Positions 30,057-39,364 are shown, counted from the stretch's first letter. The stretch is DNA of 51,852 bases from a bacterium (GCA_046484135.1 JAWOBU010000232.1:1-51852), one strand, 5' to 3'. Translations and numbers: made by a program. The notes: a model not told the origin generated them from the letters alone.

Positions 30057-30815
30057 ATGAAAGCGACGCTCCTGGCTGTTGCTCTGCCGGCGGCGGGCCC
30101 CATCCATGGCGCCCCGGATACGCCCGGGCTTTTCCATCGCTCCGCCCGGCCGGAGTGCTTGCACGTGGTAGAAAAAAAGGCCTGGACAACGCGGACAGGC
30201 ACCTTTTGGCCATCATTCAGGGCATGGCCAACCGCGAGAAGCCGCGTCTCTACACGGTGTCGGACAGGTCGTTACAACTAGGCGACAACCACTACCTTTC
30301 CGTCCGCGTTTCAAAACCGGGAGTTCTTCCGGACCGTGTCCCTTAACTACATGAAGCACTCTCATCTGGACGTGCTCTGGAACCTGGACCCCGCCTTCTA
30401 CCTCGCCATAACCGAGAAAACCGTGGCAAGCCTCATGGAGCCGCTGGGAGCGGGAGGCTACATAAAGGGGATGCTCGCAGGCTACTCCCCTTCCGTAAAC
30501 CTGCGCTACCAGGACATGCCGAAAGGATGCCCGCCCGTAATGTACAGCCGCTCGAACTACTTCATGACCGGCAAAAAAGAGCTTCTCCGACTCATAAAAG
30601 CGGACGCCGCCCTGGCGGCGCCAAAAGGGCAGGACAGCGTTCTACTCGGTGAACGCCTGGACCATAAGCTATGCCGACCTCCTGGATATAAAGAAGGCCC
30701 TGGAAGACCGCGACGACATAATCTTTCTCTCGCCGCAAGAGGCTTTCCAAATTGCTCTCTCCCGGCAGTAGTGCGCTTCGACTATGACAAGGGCTGTGGT
30801 ATCATTAATAAATAG
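30057..30815 (+). pseudogene. Fragmented GxGYxYP-family (putative glycoside hydrolase) gene remnant
   Basis: Three frames give successive pieces: signal-like MKATLLAVAL..HVVEKK, then GLDNADRHLLAIIQGMANREKPRLY..GDNHYLS, then FPSAFQNREFFRTVSLNYMKHSHLDVLW. Family assigned from remembered motifs. Confidence 0.55.
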
Positions 30816-30817
30816 AA

Positions 30818-32203
30818 ATGCGCGTACTTCTTCTCCGTCCCAACTCCATCATTATTGCCACGCCGGTGCCGCTGGGTCTTGGATACGTTGCGGCGTCCTT
30901 GCGCTCCCGGCGGGGCGACCGGGTGGAGATCGTGGACGGCCGGAACCTTCGGTGGGACCTGTCCGCCATGCGGCAGAAAATCCGCGACTTCCGGCCGGAC
31001 GCCATCGGCATCTCCTCCATCAACTTCGAGATGAAAGAGGCGCACGAGCTGGCCGCGGCAGCCAAAGCCGAGACCGCGGCGCCCGTGATCATGGGAGGCC
31101 CCTACGCTTCCGCCAACCGGGAAGCGGTGCTTCGGGACCGGAACGTGGACGCGGCAGTGGTCGGCGAAGGCGAGAACACCGTAGTCGAGCTCATGGACGC
31201 CATCGAGTCGGGCGCCGATTTCTCCGGCATCACCGGCCTGGTGGCCCGGCAGGACGGCGAGCCGGTGTTCACCGGCCACCGCGAGCTTATGGACGACCTG
31301 GACGCGATCGAGCCCGCCTGGGACCTTATAAACCCGACGGCCTACTTCAAGCGCAGGGGGAGGAACTCCGAGAACATCGTCAAGTACGACCACCGGACCC
31401 TGACAGTGTTCACCTCCCGCGGCTGCCCCTATAACTGCATCTTCTGCCATAACGTGTTCGGAAAGAAGTTCCGGCCCCGCTCGCCCGAAGCCGTCCTGGA
31501 CGAGGTGTCCATGCTGAAAGAAAAGTACGGCATCCGGGAGCTCGAGATAGTGGACGACTCCTTTAACCTGTCCATAAACCGGGCCAAGGAAATCTGCCGG
31601 GGGCTTATTGACCGGAACCTGGACCTGCATATAGCCGTGCCCAACGGACTGCGGGGAGACCGGACCGACACGGATTTTCTGGACCTCATGCAGGCGGCGG
31701 GCTTCTACCGGATAGCGTTCGCAGTCGAGTCGGCCAGCCCGCGGGTACAAAAAATCATCAAGAAGAACATTGACCCGGACAAGGTAAAGTGGTCCATCCA
31801 GGAGGTGGCCCGGCGGGGAATGGTGGCCACCGGCTACTTCATCCAGGGGTTCCCCACCGAGACCTATGAGGAAATGATCATGACCGGAGACTGGGCGGCA
31901 AGCTCGGACCTGCACGTGGCGAGCTTCTTTTACTTAAACCCCTTCCCCGGCACCGAGGTCGCCGAGATGGTCAACCAGAGCTTTACGGACGTGGCCTTCC
32001 GCGACTACTCGACCATGTCCGTGAACATCTCGGAAGCCACCGATGACGAACTCCACAAGGCCAACAAGTACGCCTACCGGAAATTCTATCTCTCCCCCAA
32101 AAGAATGGCCCGGATAGCTAAAGTAGTGCCCAAGAACCTACGGACCGTGGTTAACAGTTGGCTGGTCCTGCGATTGCTGGTCCAGGACTCGGTAAACCAG
32201 TAG
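30818..32203 (+). CDS. Cobalamin-binding radical SAM enzyme (class B methyltransferase-like)
   Basis: PLGLGYVAA, GGPYAS and GEGE B12-domain motifs; TSRGCPYNCIFC cluster motif; VESAS and GFPTET. Confidence 0.92.
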   Translation: MRVLLLRPNSIIIATPVPLGLGYVAASLRSRRGDRVEIVDGRNLRWDLSAMRQKIRDFRPDAIGISSINFEMKEAHELAAAAKAETAAPVIMGGPYASANREAVLRDRNVDAAVVGEGENTVVELMDAIESGADFSGITGLVARQDGEPVFTGHRELMDDLDAIEPAWDLINPTAYFKRRGRNSENIVKYDHRTLTVFTSRGCPYNCIFCHNVFGKKFRPRSPEAVLDEVSMLKEKYGIRELEIVDDSFNLSINRAKEICRGLIDRNLDLHIAVPNGLRGDRTDTDFLDLMQAAGFYRIAFAVESASPRVQKIIKKNIDPDKVKWSIQEVARRGMVATGYFIQGFPTETYEEMIMTGDWAASSDLHVASFFYLNPFPGTEVAEMVNQSFTDVAFRDYSTMSVNISEATDDELHKANKYAYRKFYLSPKRMARIAKVVPKNLRTVVNSWLVLRLLVQDSVNQ

Positions 32204-32237
32204 CCCCGTGTCTCCGCCGCGGCAACACCAGGCCTTG

Positions 32238-32266
32238 TTGAAAAAGCGGCCTCCCTTTGGTAGGTT
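32238..32266 (+). promoter_or_regulatory. Putative sigma70-type promoter
   Basis: TTGAAA-17 bp-TAGGTT with TGn extension, 12 bp before ATG 32279. Confidence 0.4.
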
Positions 32267-32278
32267 TTATATAGACAG

Positions 32279-33820
32279 ATGCTGGTACGATGTGATAACT
32301 GCGGAGCTAAGTATCGCCTGACCATAAAAAAAAGGCCCGGCAAAACCGTAACCTTTAAATGCAGCAAGTGCCGGCACCCCATCAGAATCCACCCCGATGA
32401 TCTGGGCCTTCCCACCGGAGGCGAGGCTGAACAGCATTCCTCTTCCGTTCAGGCGGTCTGCTCGAGCTGCGGCAAGTCCTTTGTTAAGTCCGCGGATGAA
32501 GAGGACAACTTATGCAGGCAATGCCGTATTGACTCCCTGGTAAAGAAGGTCAAACAAAGATACGGTGTGGACACCTCTGAGCTCAAGGAGCCTGAAGAGG
32601 AGTCCTCCCGTTACACCGTGCGGAGCGCGGACGGGCTGGTTCTGGGTCCTGTCAAGCTGCGCACCGTCAAGGTGCTGGCCCGGGAGAAGAAGATACGCGG
32701 GCAGGAAGAGGTCAGCAAAGACGATTCCGAGTATAAGCCCCTGATGAGCTACCCCGAGTTGCAGGAGCTCTTTCCCGAGCTGAAAGAGGTCATGGACACC
32801 TCCGGGCTGGAAGACAAGCTGGACGAAGCCTTCAGCGCCGCCTTTGGAGGAGAACAAGAGCCTGCCGAAGCTCCAGAGCAGGAAGCGGCTCCCGCTTCGC
32901 AAGAAGAACCTCTGACTCCGCCCCCGCCGGACGCCGCTTTATCCCCGGAAGAAGGGGAGGAGAAGGAAGCAGAGCCGGAACCGGCGAGAGAAGATATCCT
33001 CAAGGAAAGCGAAGAACAAGTGAGCGCCGGGAGTGAGGAATCTCCCCCAGAAGAGATATCGGCTGAAGCCCCGGCTTCGGAGGGACCCGAAACCCCGCCT
33101 GCTCCGGAAGAGCCTGCGCCGGAACCACCGGAGCCTGAAGAAGCTTCCGCGGCCCTTGAGGAAGAGGCTTCTTCCGAGAGCTCTTCCACGGAGTACATAG
33201 AGAGCTGGCCCCCCCCCGGCGGAGCGCGCACTCCGGCGGAGGAAGGCCCGGAGGATGCCGACGACGTTTTATCCGGTGATGACCTGGCGGGCATCGGCCA
33301 GGAGGCCCGGCCGGCTGAGCCGGAGGAGGCCGCAGAAGAAGTTCCTGCACAGCCGTCTCCGGCAGAAGAAGTTCCGGAGAAGGAAGCTCCGGAACAGCCG
33401 GCCCCGGCAGAGGAGGCAGAGGAGGCAGCGAAGAAGGAAGCTCCGGCCGCTCCCGTCGCGGTAAGCGGGGAGAAGGTGGGGACCGAGTTTGACCTTACAG
33501 ACGAGGAGGAGCCGGCAGAGCAACAGGAAAAAGAGGGGAAGGAGGAAGAAGAGATCATCGAGGACCTGGAGCCTTGCGCTGAGCCCGCCCCTGATACGCG
33601 CTACCAGGTCCGTTACCCGGACGGCATGATTCTGGGGCCGGTGAAGCTCGGGACCATCAAAGAGCTCTACGAGAGCGGGAACCTCACGGGCGATGAAGAG
33701 GTGCAGCGTGAAGAGGGGTCTTGGAAGAGCTTTGCCGACATGCCTGAGCTGGTGGACCTGATTTCGGAGGAGGAAGAAGAAGAGGTAGTGGAGCTTACCG
33801 ACGTGCTGGAGGAGTCCTGA
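32279..33820 (+). CDS. Zinc-ribbon (MJ0042-like) protein with two GYF_2/DUF4339-like domains and an acidic Pro/Glu linker
   Basis: CDNC..CSKC and CSSC..CRQC pairs; internal repeat Y.VR..DG..LGPVKL.T.K.L......G.EEV......K.....PEL at about 32612-32761 and 33602-33751. Confidence 0.75.
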   Translation: MLVRCDNCGAKYRLTIKKRPGKTVTFKCSKCRHPIRIHPDDLGLPTGGEAEQHSSSVQAVCSSCGKSFVKSADEEDNLCRQCRIDSLVKKVKQRYGVDTSELKEPEEESSRYTVRSADGLVLGPVKLRTVKVLAREKKIRGQEEVSKDDSEYKPLMSYPELQELFPELKEVMDTSGLEDKLDEAFSAAFGGEQEPAEAPEQEAAPASQEEPLTPPPPDAALSPEEGEEKEAEPEPAREDILKESEEQVSAGSEESPPEEISAEAPASEGPETPPAPEEPAPEPPEPEEASAALEEEASSESSSTEYIESWPPPGGARTPAEEGPEDADDVLSGDDLAGIGQEARPAEPEEAAEEVPAQPSPAEEVPEKEAPEQPAPAEEAEEAAKKEAPAAPVAVSGEKVGTEFDLTDEEEPAEQQEKEGKEEEEIIEDLEPCAEPAPDTRYQVRYPDGMILGPVKLGTIKELYESGNLTGDEEVQREEGSWKSFADMPELVDLISEEEEEEVVELTDVLEES

Positions 33821-33964
33821 AGCATAAGCCCGTCCTGGCGGGGGCGGACAAGAAACGTATTTAATTGCTTGTTTGGCTTTCCCTTTAAAGAGGCATTCCT
33901 TCCTTTTTTGTTTTTTGGCCGGATTTTCATGGTATCCTGACTGATGGAGGAGTAGAAAAACTTT

Positions 33965-35698
33965 ATGTATTTCACCGAACTGGACAGCTTCTTCTACCTG
34001 CTTTGCGCAGTGGTTTCTCTTGCGGCATTATGCACGGCGCTGGTTTTATACCGCTTCCGGAAAAAGCGCAGGGACCGCCACTTGTGGGTTATCGAGAGCC
34101 TGTTGGACCGGATGGAAGGGCTCGCCCGCGCCGGCAGCACGGAAGACGCGGAAGAAGCCGGAAGGCGGATCACCTCGCTTCTCGACGTTTTTCCCCCTGC
34201 TTCAGCCGAAAAGGCGGGGATTTTTAAAAGGCTCTCCGAGTTTGAAGAGGACCGGCACCGGCTTGCCGCCGCGGAAGACCTGCTCGCCGAGGCCCTCCGA
34301 ATAGACGACGCCATTGACAATCGCAGCCTGGAGCCTTTTCCGGACCGGGTCCGGCTCGCCCTTTTGAAGTCCCGGCAGGGACGGCTCCGGGAGGCCATCC
34401 AGGAGTTCGAGGACATGGAAGAGCGGCTTAAAAAACATCGCTCTTCCAAGGCTTTGCCTGTCCTGGCCAATGTTCTGAACCAGAAGAGCCTGCTCCTGGT
34501 CTCGGAAGGAAAGTTGGACGAGGCAGTGGCAGGACTCGATCGGGCCCTGGACCTGGAAGCCCGGTATCAGCCCGACTCCGAGACTCTGGTCATCTACCAC
34601 AAGAACCGGGGCGACCTGGAGGAGTACCAGGGGAACCCGGAAGCTGCGCTCGGCTACTACAAGAAGGGTCTGGAACCGGCGGTGCGCCACTCTTACTCCA
34701 GGGAGGCGGCCCGGCTTGCCGACCGGATTCGACTGTGGTACATGGACAGGCCCCGGCCGGAGGAAGAGCCGGTCTTCTGGCGGCGGATGTACGACCTGGC
34801 CGAGGAGTCCGAGCACGGGTCCGAGCCAATGAAGATGTTTGCCGCCTCCCTGGCGGAGGTCTGCTACCAGTATGCTCTGGAGGAGGACCCGGAGCTGCTG
34901 TTGGACGAAGCGCTGAAAGGTGAAGAGGAAGAGGATTCTCTGGGAAACGCCTTTCTGTGGCGGGCCCGGGCCCGGCTCGAGCTCAGCTACGGCGAGTACG
35001 GCAAGGCCCTTCCGGGATTGAAAAAAGCGTTTTACGTTTTCAGCAGAGAGATGGGGAGCACCGACACCTCGGTACTGAACTTTGTTGTCGAGATAGGCGA
35101 CATCTACATGAGCACCGGGAGCTTTGAAAAGGCCCTCTCCTTCTACCGGGAAGCGGAGTCGGTTATAATCGGCTCGGACGGAGGGCACCATCCGGGCCTG
35201 CCTTCCATCTATCTTCGCATAGTGGAGTGCCTGACCGAGCTCCAGGAGGTCGGAGAAGTAAAGGAGTATTGCAGACAAGCACTGGAGATCACCGAAAAGA
35301 TATCCGCCGGTTCCGCCCTGGCCGCCCGACTGCTCTTTTACCAGGCCCGGGCCGAGGTCGAGCTTGGAAAGCCGGCGAACGCTCTCGGTCTGCTGGAGCA
35401 GAGCCGCGACATCTGCCGCAGGCTGGGAGAGACCGAGAGTGAAGGGACCTCATGGTTCTTCCTCTCCACCGTCCACCAGATAGTGGGAGACCTGGACCAG
35501 GCGCTCCATTGTGCAAGAATGGCCAAGGAAAGCTATAACGTGGCAGGGCTGTCCGACCCCCTCGCCATGGGCGATATCTACGCCCGGCTGAGCTCGGTAT
35601 ACGCGGGCAAAGGAGAGGACAAGAAATCGGTCGAGTTCGCCAATTACGCCATGAACACCTGGGCCATGGAAAAGGCCGTGCAAAAAGCGGAGATATAA
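33965..35698 (+). CDS. Membrane-anchored tetratricopeptide repeat protein
   Basis: N-terminal TM followed by RFRKKRR; repeated G.Y.KA..Y..A TPR-like helices; SD GGAGGAG. Confidence 0.8.
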   Translation: MYFTELDSFFYLLCAVVSLAALCTALVLYRFRKKRRDRHLWVIESLLDRMEGLARAGSTEDAEEAGRRITSLLDVFPPASAEKAGIFKRLSEFEEDRHRLAAAEDLLAEALRIDDAIDNRSLEPFPDRVRLALLKSRQGRLREAIQEFEDMEERLKKHRSSKALPVLANVLNQKSLLLVSEGKLDEAVAGLDRALDLEARYQPDSETLVIYHKNRGDLEEYQGNPEAALGYYKKGLEPAVRHSYSREAARLADRIRLWYMDRPRPEEEPVFWRRMYDLAEESEHGSEPMKMFAASLAEVCYQYALEEDPELLLDEALKGEEEEDSLGNAFLWRARARLELSYGEYGKALPGLKKAFYVFSREMGSTDTSVLNFVVEIGDIYMSTGSFEKALSFYREAESVIIGSDGGHHPGLPSIYLRIVECLTELQEVGEVKEYCRQALEITEKISAGSALAARLLFYQARAEVELGKPANALGLLEQSRDICRRLGETESEGTSWFFLSTVHQIVGDLDQALHCARMAKESYNVAGLSDPLAMGDIYARLSSVYAGKGEDKKSVEFANYAMNTWAMEKAVQKAEI

Positions 35699-35709
35699 GG
35701 CCGCCGAAT

Positions 35710-36147
35710 ATGAACGATAATAACAACAGAAGAAAGCCGCTCGGAAAGGTGGACGTTAAGAAGAAAGCCCTGCGCATCCAGGAGCTGGGCGACAAGATGA
35801 AAACAGCGGTGGCCATGTTCCAGAGCGCCCAGAAGAAGTTTGAACAGGGCAAGGACTCATACAACGAATGGCAGAACATAGCCAAAATCCTGGACCTCCA
35901 GGTCAAGGACACCACCCACTTTCTGGCGGTGGCCCATCACAACATGGGGATAATCCACGCCGGGAGGAAAGAGTATAAAAAGGCCAGGGAAAAGCTCGAA
36001 AAAGCCATCGAGCTGGACCCCGACTATGCAGTGGCCCACTATAACATGGCCCTGGTCTATAAGAAGCTCGACAACATGGAAAAATGCAAAGAGCACGCCC
36101 TCCGCGCAAAAGAGCTCGGCTATGACAAGAACAAACCCGCCGGATGA
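35710..36147 (+). CDS. Small TPR protein
   Basis: AHHNMGIIH..YKKA..LEKAIELDPDYAVAHYNMALVY. Confidence 0.85.
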   Translation: MNDNNNRRKPLGKVDVKKKALRIQELGDKMKTAVAMFQSAQKKFEQGKDSYNEWQNIAKILDLQVKDTTHFLAVAHHNMGIIHAGRKEYKKAREKLEKAIELDPDYAVAHYNMALVYKKLDNMEKCKEHALRAKELGYDKNKPAG

Positions 36148-36199
36148 AAACGCAACCCGCCCCATACGTTCCTTTTTGGGCGTGAGAGAGCTTGACTTT

Positions 36200-36334
36200 T
36201 TATTTGATGGCTATTTGATAACTTCGAAAAATTTGGAGTGCCGGAAGGCGAACACTGACATGAATAGTTAATAATATTAGTGCTTTATGTTTGGAGCTGG
36301 CCGGTGATTCTTATTTGACGGCTTTTTGATGGCT
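36200..36334 (+). repeat. Two pairs of 11-bp direct repeats (consensus ATTTGATGGCT), 111 bp apart
   Basis: TTATTTGATGGCTATTTGATAACT (36200-36223) and TTATTTGACGGCTTTTTGATGGCT (36311-36334), each followed closely by GAAAAATT. Confidence 0.6.
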
Positions 36335-36353
36335 GGCTGAAAAATTAAGGAAG

Positions 36354-36483
36354 GAGACTCTTGCAAAAGTCTGATTATGAAGGTGGTAAGTTAGGCTTTG
36401 TATGGTGGGAGCGAGCTCCAGCTCGCGATCATCGAGACCTGGAGGTCTCTCCCACTTTTCTCCGCTCTTTTTGCAAGAGGCTC
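36354..36483. mobile_element. 130-bp non-autonomous miniature inverted-repeat element (MITE) containing a REP doublet
   Basis: Inverted repeats GAGACTCTTGCAAAA (36354-36368) and TTTTGCAAGAGGCTC (36469-36483), 14/15 match; direct repeat GGAAG on both flanks (36349-36353 and 36484-36488). Confidence 0.8.
36405..36455. repeat. Inverted REP doublet (REPIN-like) with GTGG ends
   Basis: GTGGGA-GCGAGCT-CC-AGCTCGC-GA on + and GTGGGA-GAGACCT-CC-AGGTCTC-GA on the minus strand, 3 bp apart. Confidence 0.8.
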
Positions 36484-36521
36484 GGAAGAACAAAACATTT
36501 TGCGGGTGAAAGGAGATTAAA

Positions 36522-37688
36522 ATGCGTATCGGTCGTTATATTCTTTTGCTCATGGCAGCATGCCTGATCGCGGCTTCCGCGCCCTCCGGCATGGAGACCG
36601 CCACCTTGCAGAACATCCGGCAGATCAACCAGGACGGCTTCGGCAAGGACTCGAACAAGTACGCCTTTTCCATGGCCGTGTTCCAGGGCTCGCTTTTCGT
36701 GGGGACCCTGAACATGAAGGACATGGCTGACATGAGCCGCTTTTTCTCCGGCACCAGCACCAGGGGCGCCAGCGAGGGCGCCGAGATATGGCGCTATGAT
36801 GCGGACGGGACCTGGACGCAGGTGGTGGAAAAGGGGCTCGGGAACCCTCATAACATCGGCGTGCGCAAGATGATGGTGGCCAAGGGCTGCATCTTCGGGG
36901 TTACAGCCAACCACAACGACGGGATGGAGGTCTGGCGCTCCTGCGACGGCGAAAACTGGACCAGGGCGGCACAAAGGGGATTCGGCGACCCGGACAACAC
37001 CTCCGGCCGGGGACTGGGGGTATACAAGGATTACATCTACGCCGGCACCGAGAACCGCTCGAAAGGTGCCCAGCTCTGGAGGAGCAAGGACGGCGAGACC
37101 TGGACCCAAGTGGTCAAGCACGGCATCAGCGACAGGAACAACTGGTGGTTCTCCGACTTCATGATCTTTAAAGACCACCTGTACATGGGGACCTTGAACC
37201 CGTGGGGGATGCAGCTCTTCCGCACCGGCGACGGTCTTCACTTCGAGAGGCTTTTCAAAGGCGGCATGGACAAGTTCACCAACACCGCTGCCATGAAGCT
37301 CTACACCTTCCAGGACACCCTGTACTTAACCACTATGGACTACTTTCGGGGGTACGACCTGTACTCGAGCACTGACGGCGTCAATTTTCAGCGGGTCATT
37401 AAGCAGGGGCTCCCGAGCGATGATCACGCTTACCTGTGGCAGCTTATCGAGTACAAGGGCCGGCTTTACGGCGGGACCTATTATCACCGGGGCCTCCGGT
37501 TGCCCAAGGGGTCTTTTGCACTTTTATCAACAGAGGACGGCGAACACTGGAAGATCGAGAACCAGGACGGCTTCGGGAACCCCTGGCACTACGGCATAAG
37601 GTCGGTGGCCGTATATAACGGAGAGCTTATCATGGGGGCGGCGTCGGCCAAGTACGGTTGCAAGGTGTTCGCGGCAGAGGCGAAGTAA
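36522..37688 (+). CDS. Secreted beta-propeller-like repeat protein of unknown function
   Basis: Signal peptide; about six repeats of LY.GT....G..(L/I)WRS.DG..W..V...G.G...N; SD AAGGAG. Confidence 0.75.
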   Translation: MRIGRYILLLMAACLIAASAPSGMETATLQNIRQINQDGFGKDSNKYAFSMAVFQGSLFVGTLNMKDMADMSRFFSGTSTRGASEGAEIWRYDADGTWTQVVEKGLGNPHNIGVRKMMVAKGCIFGVTANHNDGMEVWRSCDGENWTRAAQRGFGDPDNTSGRGLGVYKDYIYAGTENRSKGAQLWRSKDGETWTQVVKHGISDRNNWWFSDFMIFKDHLYMGTLNPWGMQLFRTGDGLHFERLFKGGMDKFTNTAAMKLYTFQDTLYLTTMDYFRGYDLYSSTDGVNFQRVIKQGLPSDDHAYLWQLIEYKGRLYGGTYYHRGLRLPKGSFALLSTEDGEHWKIENQDGFGNPWHYGIRSVAVYNGELIMGAASAKYGCKVFAAEAK

Positions 37689-37746
37689 GCGCCGCGCTTT
37701 TCCGAGCGGGGGGCTTGTATCCGGGCCGCAACGGAGGTCATAGAGA

Positions 37747-38619
37747 TTGGAGATCAAGGGACAGAACTTCCTGGTGGATCAGATCAGCGAGTCATTCAGC
37801 CAGTCCATCAAGGTCAAGGAGATTCTGTATCACGCGGTAAGCGACTACCAGGAGATCACTGTAATCGAGACCCTGGACATCGGCCGGGTGCTTCTTCTGG
37901 ACAACGTCTTCAACGTAAGCCCGATGATGGAGTTTTACTATCACGAGCCCATGGCCCACGTGCCCCTGGGGCTTAAGCGGGAGCACGAGCGCGTTCTGAT
38001 CATTGGCGGCGGTGATTTCGGGGTGGCCCGGCAGGTCCTGAAGCACGAGGGCGTTAAGGAGGCGGTGCTTTGCGAGCTGGACGCCAAGGTCCTCGAGGCC
38101 TGCCGCCGTTTCTTTCCGGAGTGGGCCGCTTGCGAGGATGACCCCCGGTTGCAGGTGGTGGAGGGAGACGGCTTCCGGTACGTGGAACAATCAGCAGAGA
38201 ACAGCTTCGACGTTATCATAGTGGACTCGACCGATCCTTTTCACTTCGCTGATGTCCTCATATCGAGGGAGTTCTATCAAGCGTGCCACCAGGCGCTCCG
38301 GCCGGGCGGAGTCATGATGCAGATCGCCGCAGACCTTATCTTCTACACCTGGGCGTGGGAGACCATTATCAACAACGCCCGGTCCTCGTTCGAGCTTATA
38401 AGGCCTCTGTTTCTGCCCGTACCCTTTTACACCACCGGCAACTGGGGATTCCTGGTGCTCGGCAAAGAGCGCGAAGACCTGGACCCAGCCGCAATTGACG
38501 CCGAGTTTCTAAACGCGATACCGGGACTGCAAACCATGACCCCGGAGCTGGTCCGGGGATGGTTCTCGGTCCCGCCGGTCGTTAAAAAGCTGTTCAAAGG
38601 GCTCCTGCCGGCATTATAG
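37747..38619 (+). CDS. speE: Polyamine aminopropyltransferase (spermidine synthase-like)
   Basis: SDYQEI, EFYYHE, VLIIGGGD, CELD, DGF and DSTDP motifs; TTG start with GGAGG SD. Confidence 0.85.
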   Translation: MEIKGQNFLVDQISESFSQSIKVKEILYHAVSDYQEITVIETLDIGRVLLLDNVFNVSPMMEFYYHEPMAHVPLGLKREHERVLIIGGGDFGVARQVLKHEGVKEAVLCELDAKVLEACRRFFPEWAACEDDPRLQVVEGDGFRYVEQSAENSFDVIIVDSTDPFHFADVLISREFYQACHQALRPGGVMMQIAADLIFYTWAWETIINNARSSFELIRPLFLPVPFYTTGNWGFLVLGKEREDLDPAAIDAEFLNAIPGLQTMTPELVRGWFSVPPVVKKLFKGLLPAL

Positions 38620-38716
38620 CCCCTCCGGACGATAGGCATTTACATTCAGACGGCTGGAATTTTTCAATAACGGCTTAAGTTAATAAAATAGCTGCCGGAG
38701 CCGAGATGGAGTTAAT

Positions 38717-39364
38717 ATGATTACCCGGCTGTTTCTTCTTTACCAGTACCTTCCCTACGTGGTGCTTATCTCTTTTTTTCTGGGCACCTTGCCTTCCGGC
38801 CCTGTGGTGGCCCGGCTTCGGGGAGTTGATCTTCGCACGGTCGGCTCGGGCAACGTGGGCGCGACCAATGTCTACCGGGCGCTGGGAAGAAACTGGGCGA
38901 TCGTTGTTTTTTTGGCCGACACCTTAAAAGGGTTCTTGCCGGTGGTTGGCGCCGGTTATTTTCTGGGCGAGCCGGTGGTGGGGATGCTGGCGGGAATTTG
39001 TGCGGTCTCGGGCCATGTGTTTAATCCGCTTTACGATTTCCGGGGCGGCAAAGGAATTGCGACCTCCTTCGGCGCCATGCTGGGCATCTTTCCCCTGGCC
39101 GCCCTGCTCTCTCTTATTACCTGGGCCATGGTGACCTATCAGACCCGGATCGTCAGCCTGGCCGGCATCTGCGCCTCTCTATCGCTTCCTTTTTTCACCC
39201 TTCTGGTAACGTGGGGAGCTCCTTATACCCGGAGCGCGCTTCTCGCTGCCTTTATCCTTTCCGCTCTTACCCTGTTCGCTCACCGGGAAAACATAAAAAG
39301 ACTCCTCTCCGGAGAAGAGAAAAAGATCGGCGGGGAAGAATCAAAAGGACAAGCAGAGGAGTAA
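38717..39364 (+). CDS. plsY: Glycerol-3-phosphate acyltransferase PlsY
   Basis: DLRTVGSGNVGATNVYR, DTLKG, GHVFN..FRGGKGIAT and HRENIKRL motifs. Confidence 0.96.
   Translation: MITRLFLLYQYLPYVVLISFFLGTLPSGPVVARLRGVDLRTVGSGNVGATNVYRALGRNWAIVVFLADTLKGFLPVVGAGYFLGEPVVGMLAGICAVSGHVFNPLYDFRGGKGIATSFGAMLGIFPLAALLSLITWAMVTYQTRIVSLAGICASLSLPFFTLLVTWGAPYTRSALLAAFILSALTLFAHRENIKRLLSGEEKKIGGEESKGQAEE

Noticed and set aside
30172..30179. Functional programmed -1 frameshift
   Set aside because: Downstream frames carry further lesions, so a shift would not give a full-length product.
32860..33600. Repetitive GAG/CCG-rich DNA as a tandem repeat or array (also 50130-50390)
   Set aside because: Explained by Glu/Pro/Ala low-complexity protein linkers; no fixed repeat-spacer unit, so not CRISPR-like.
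36230..36312. tRNA 3'-end remnant (TGGAGCTGGC / TGGAGTGCCG)
   Set aside because: No T-loop (GGTTCGA or TCGAACC) at the required distance and no cloverleaf.
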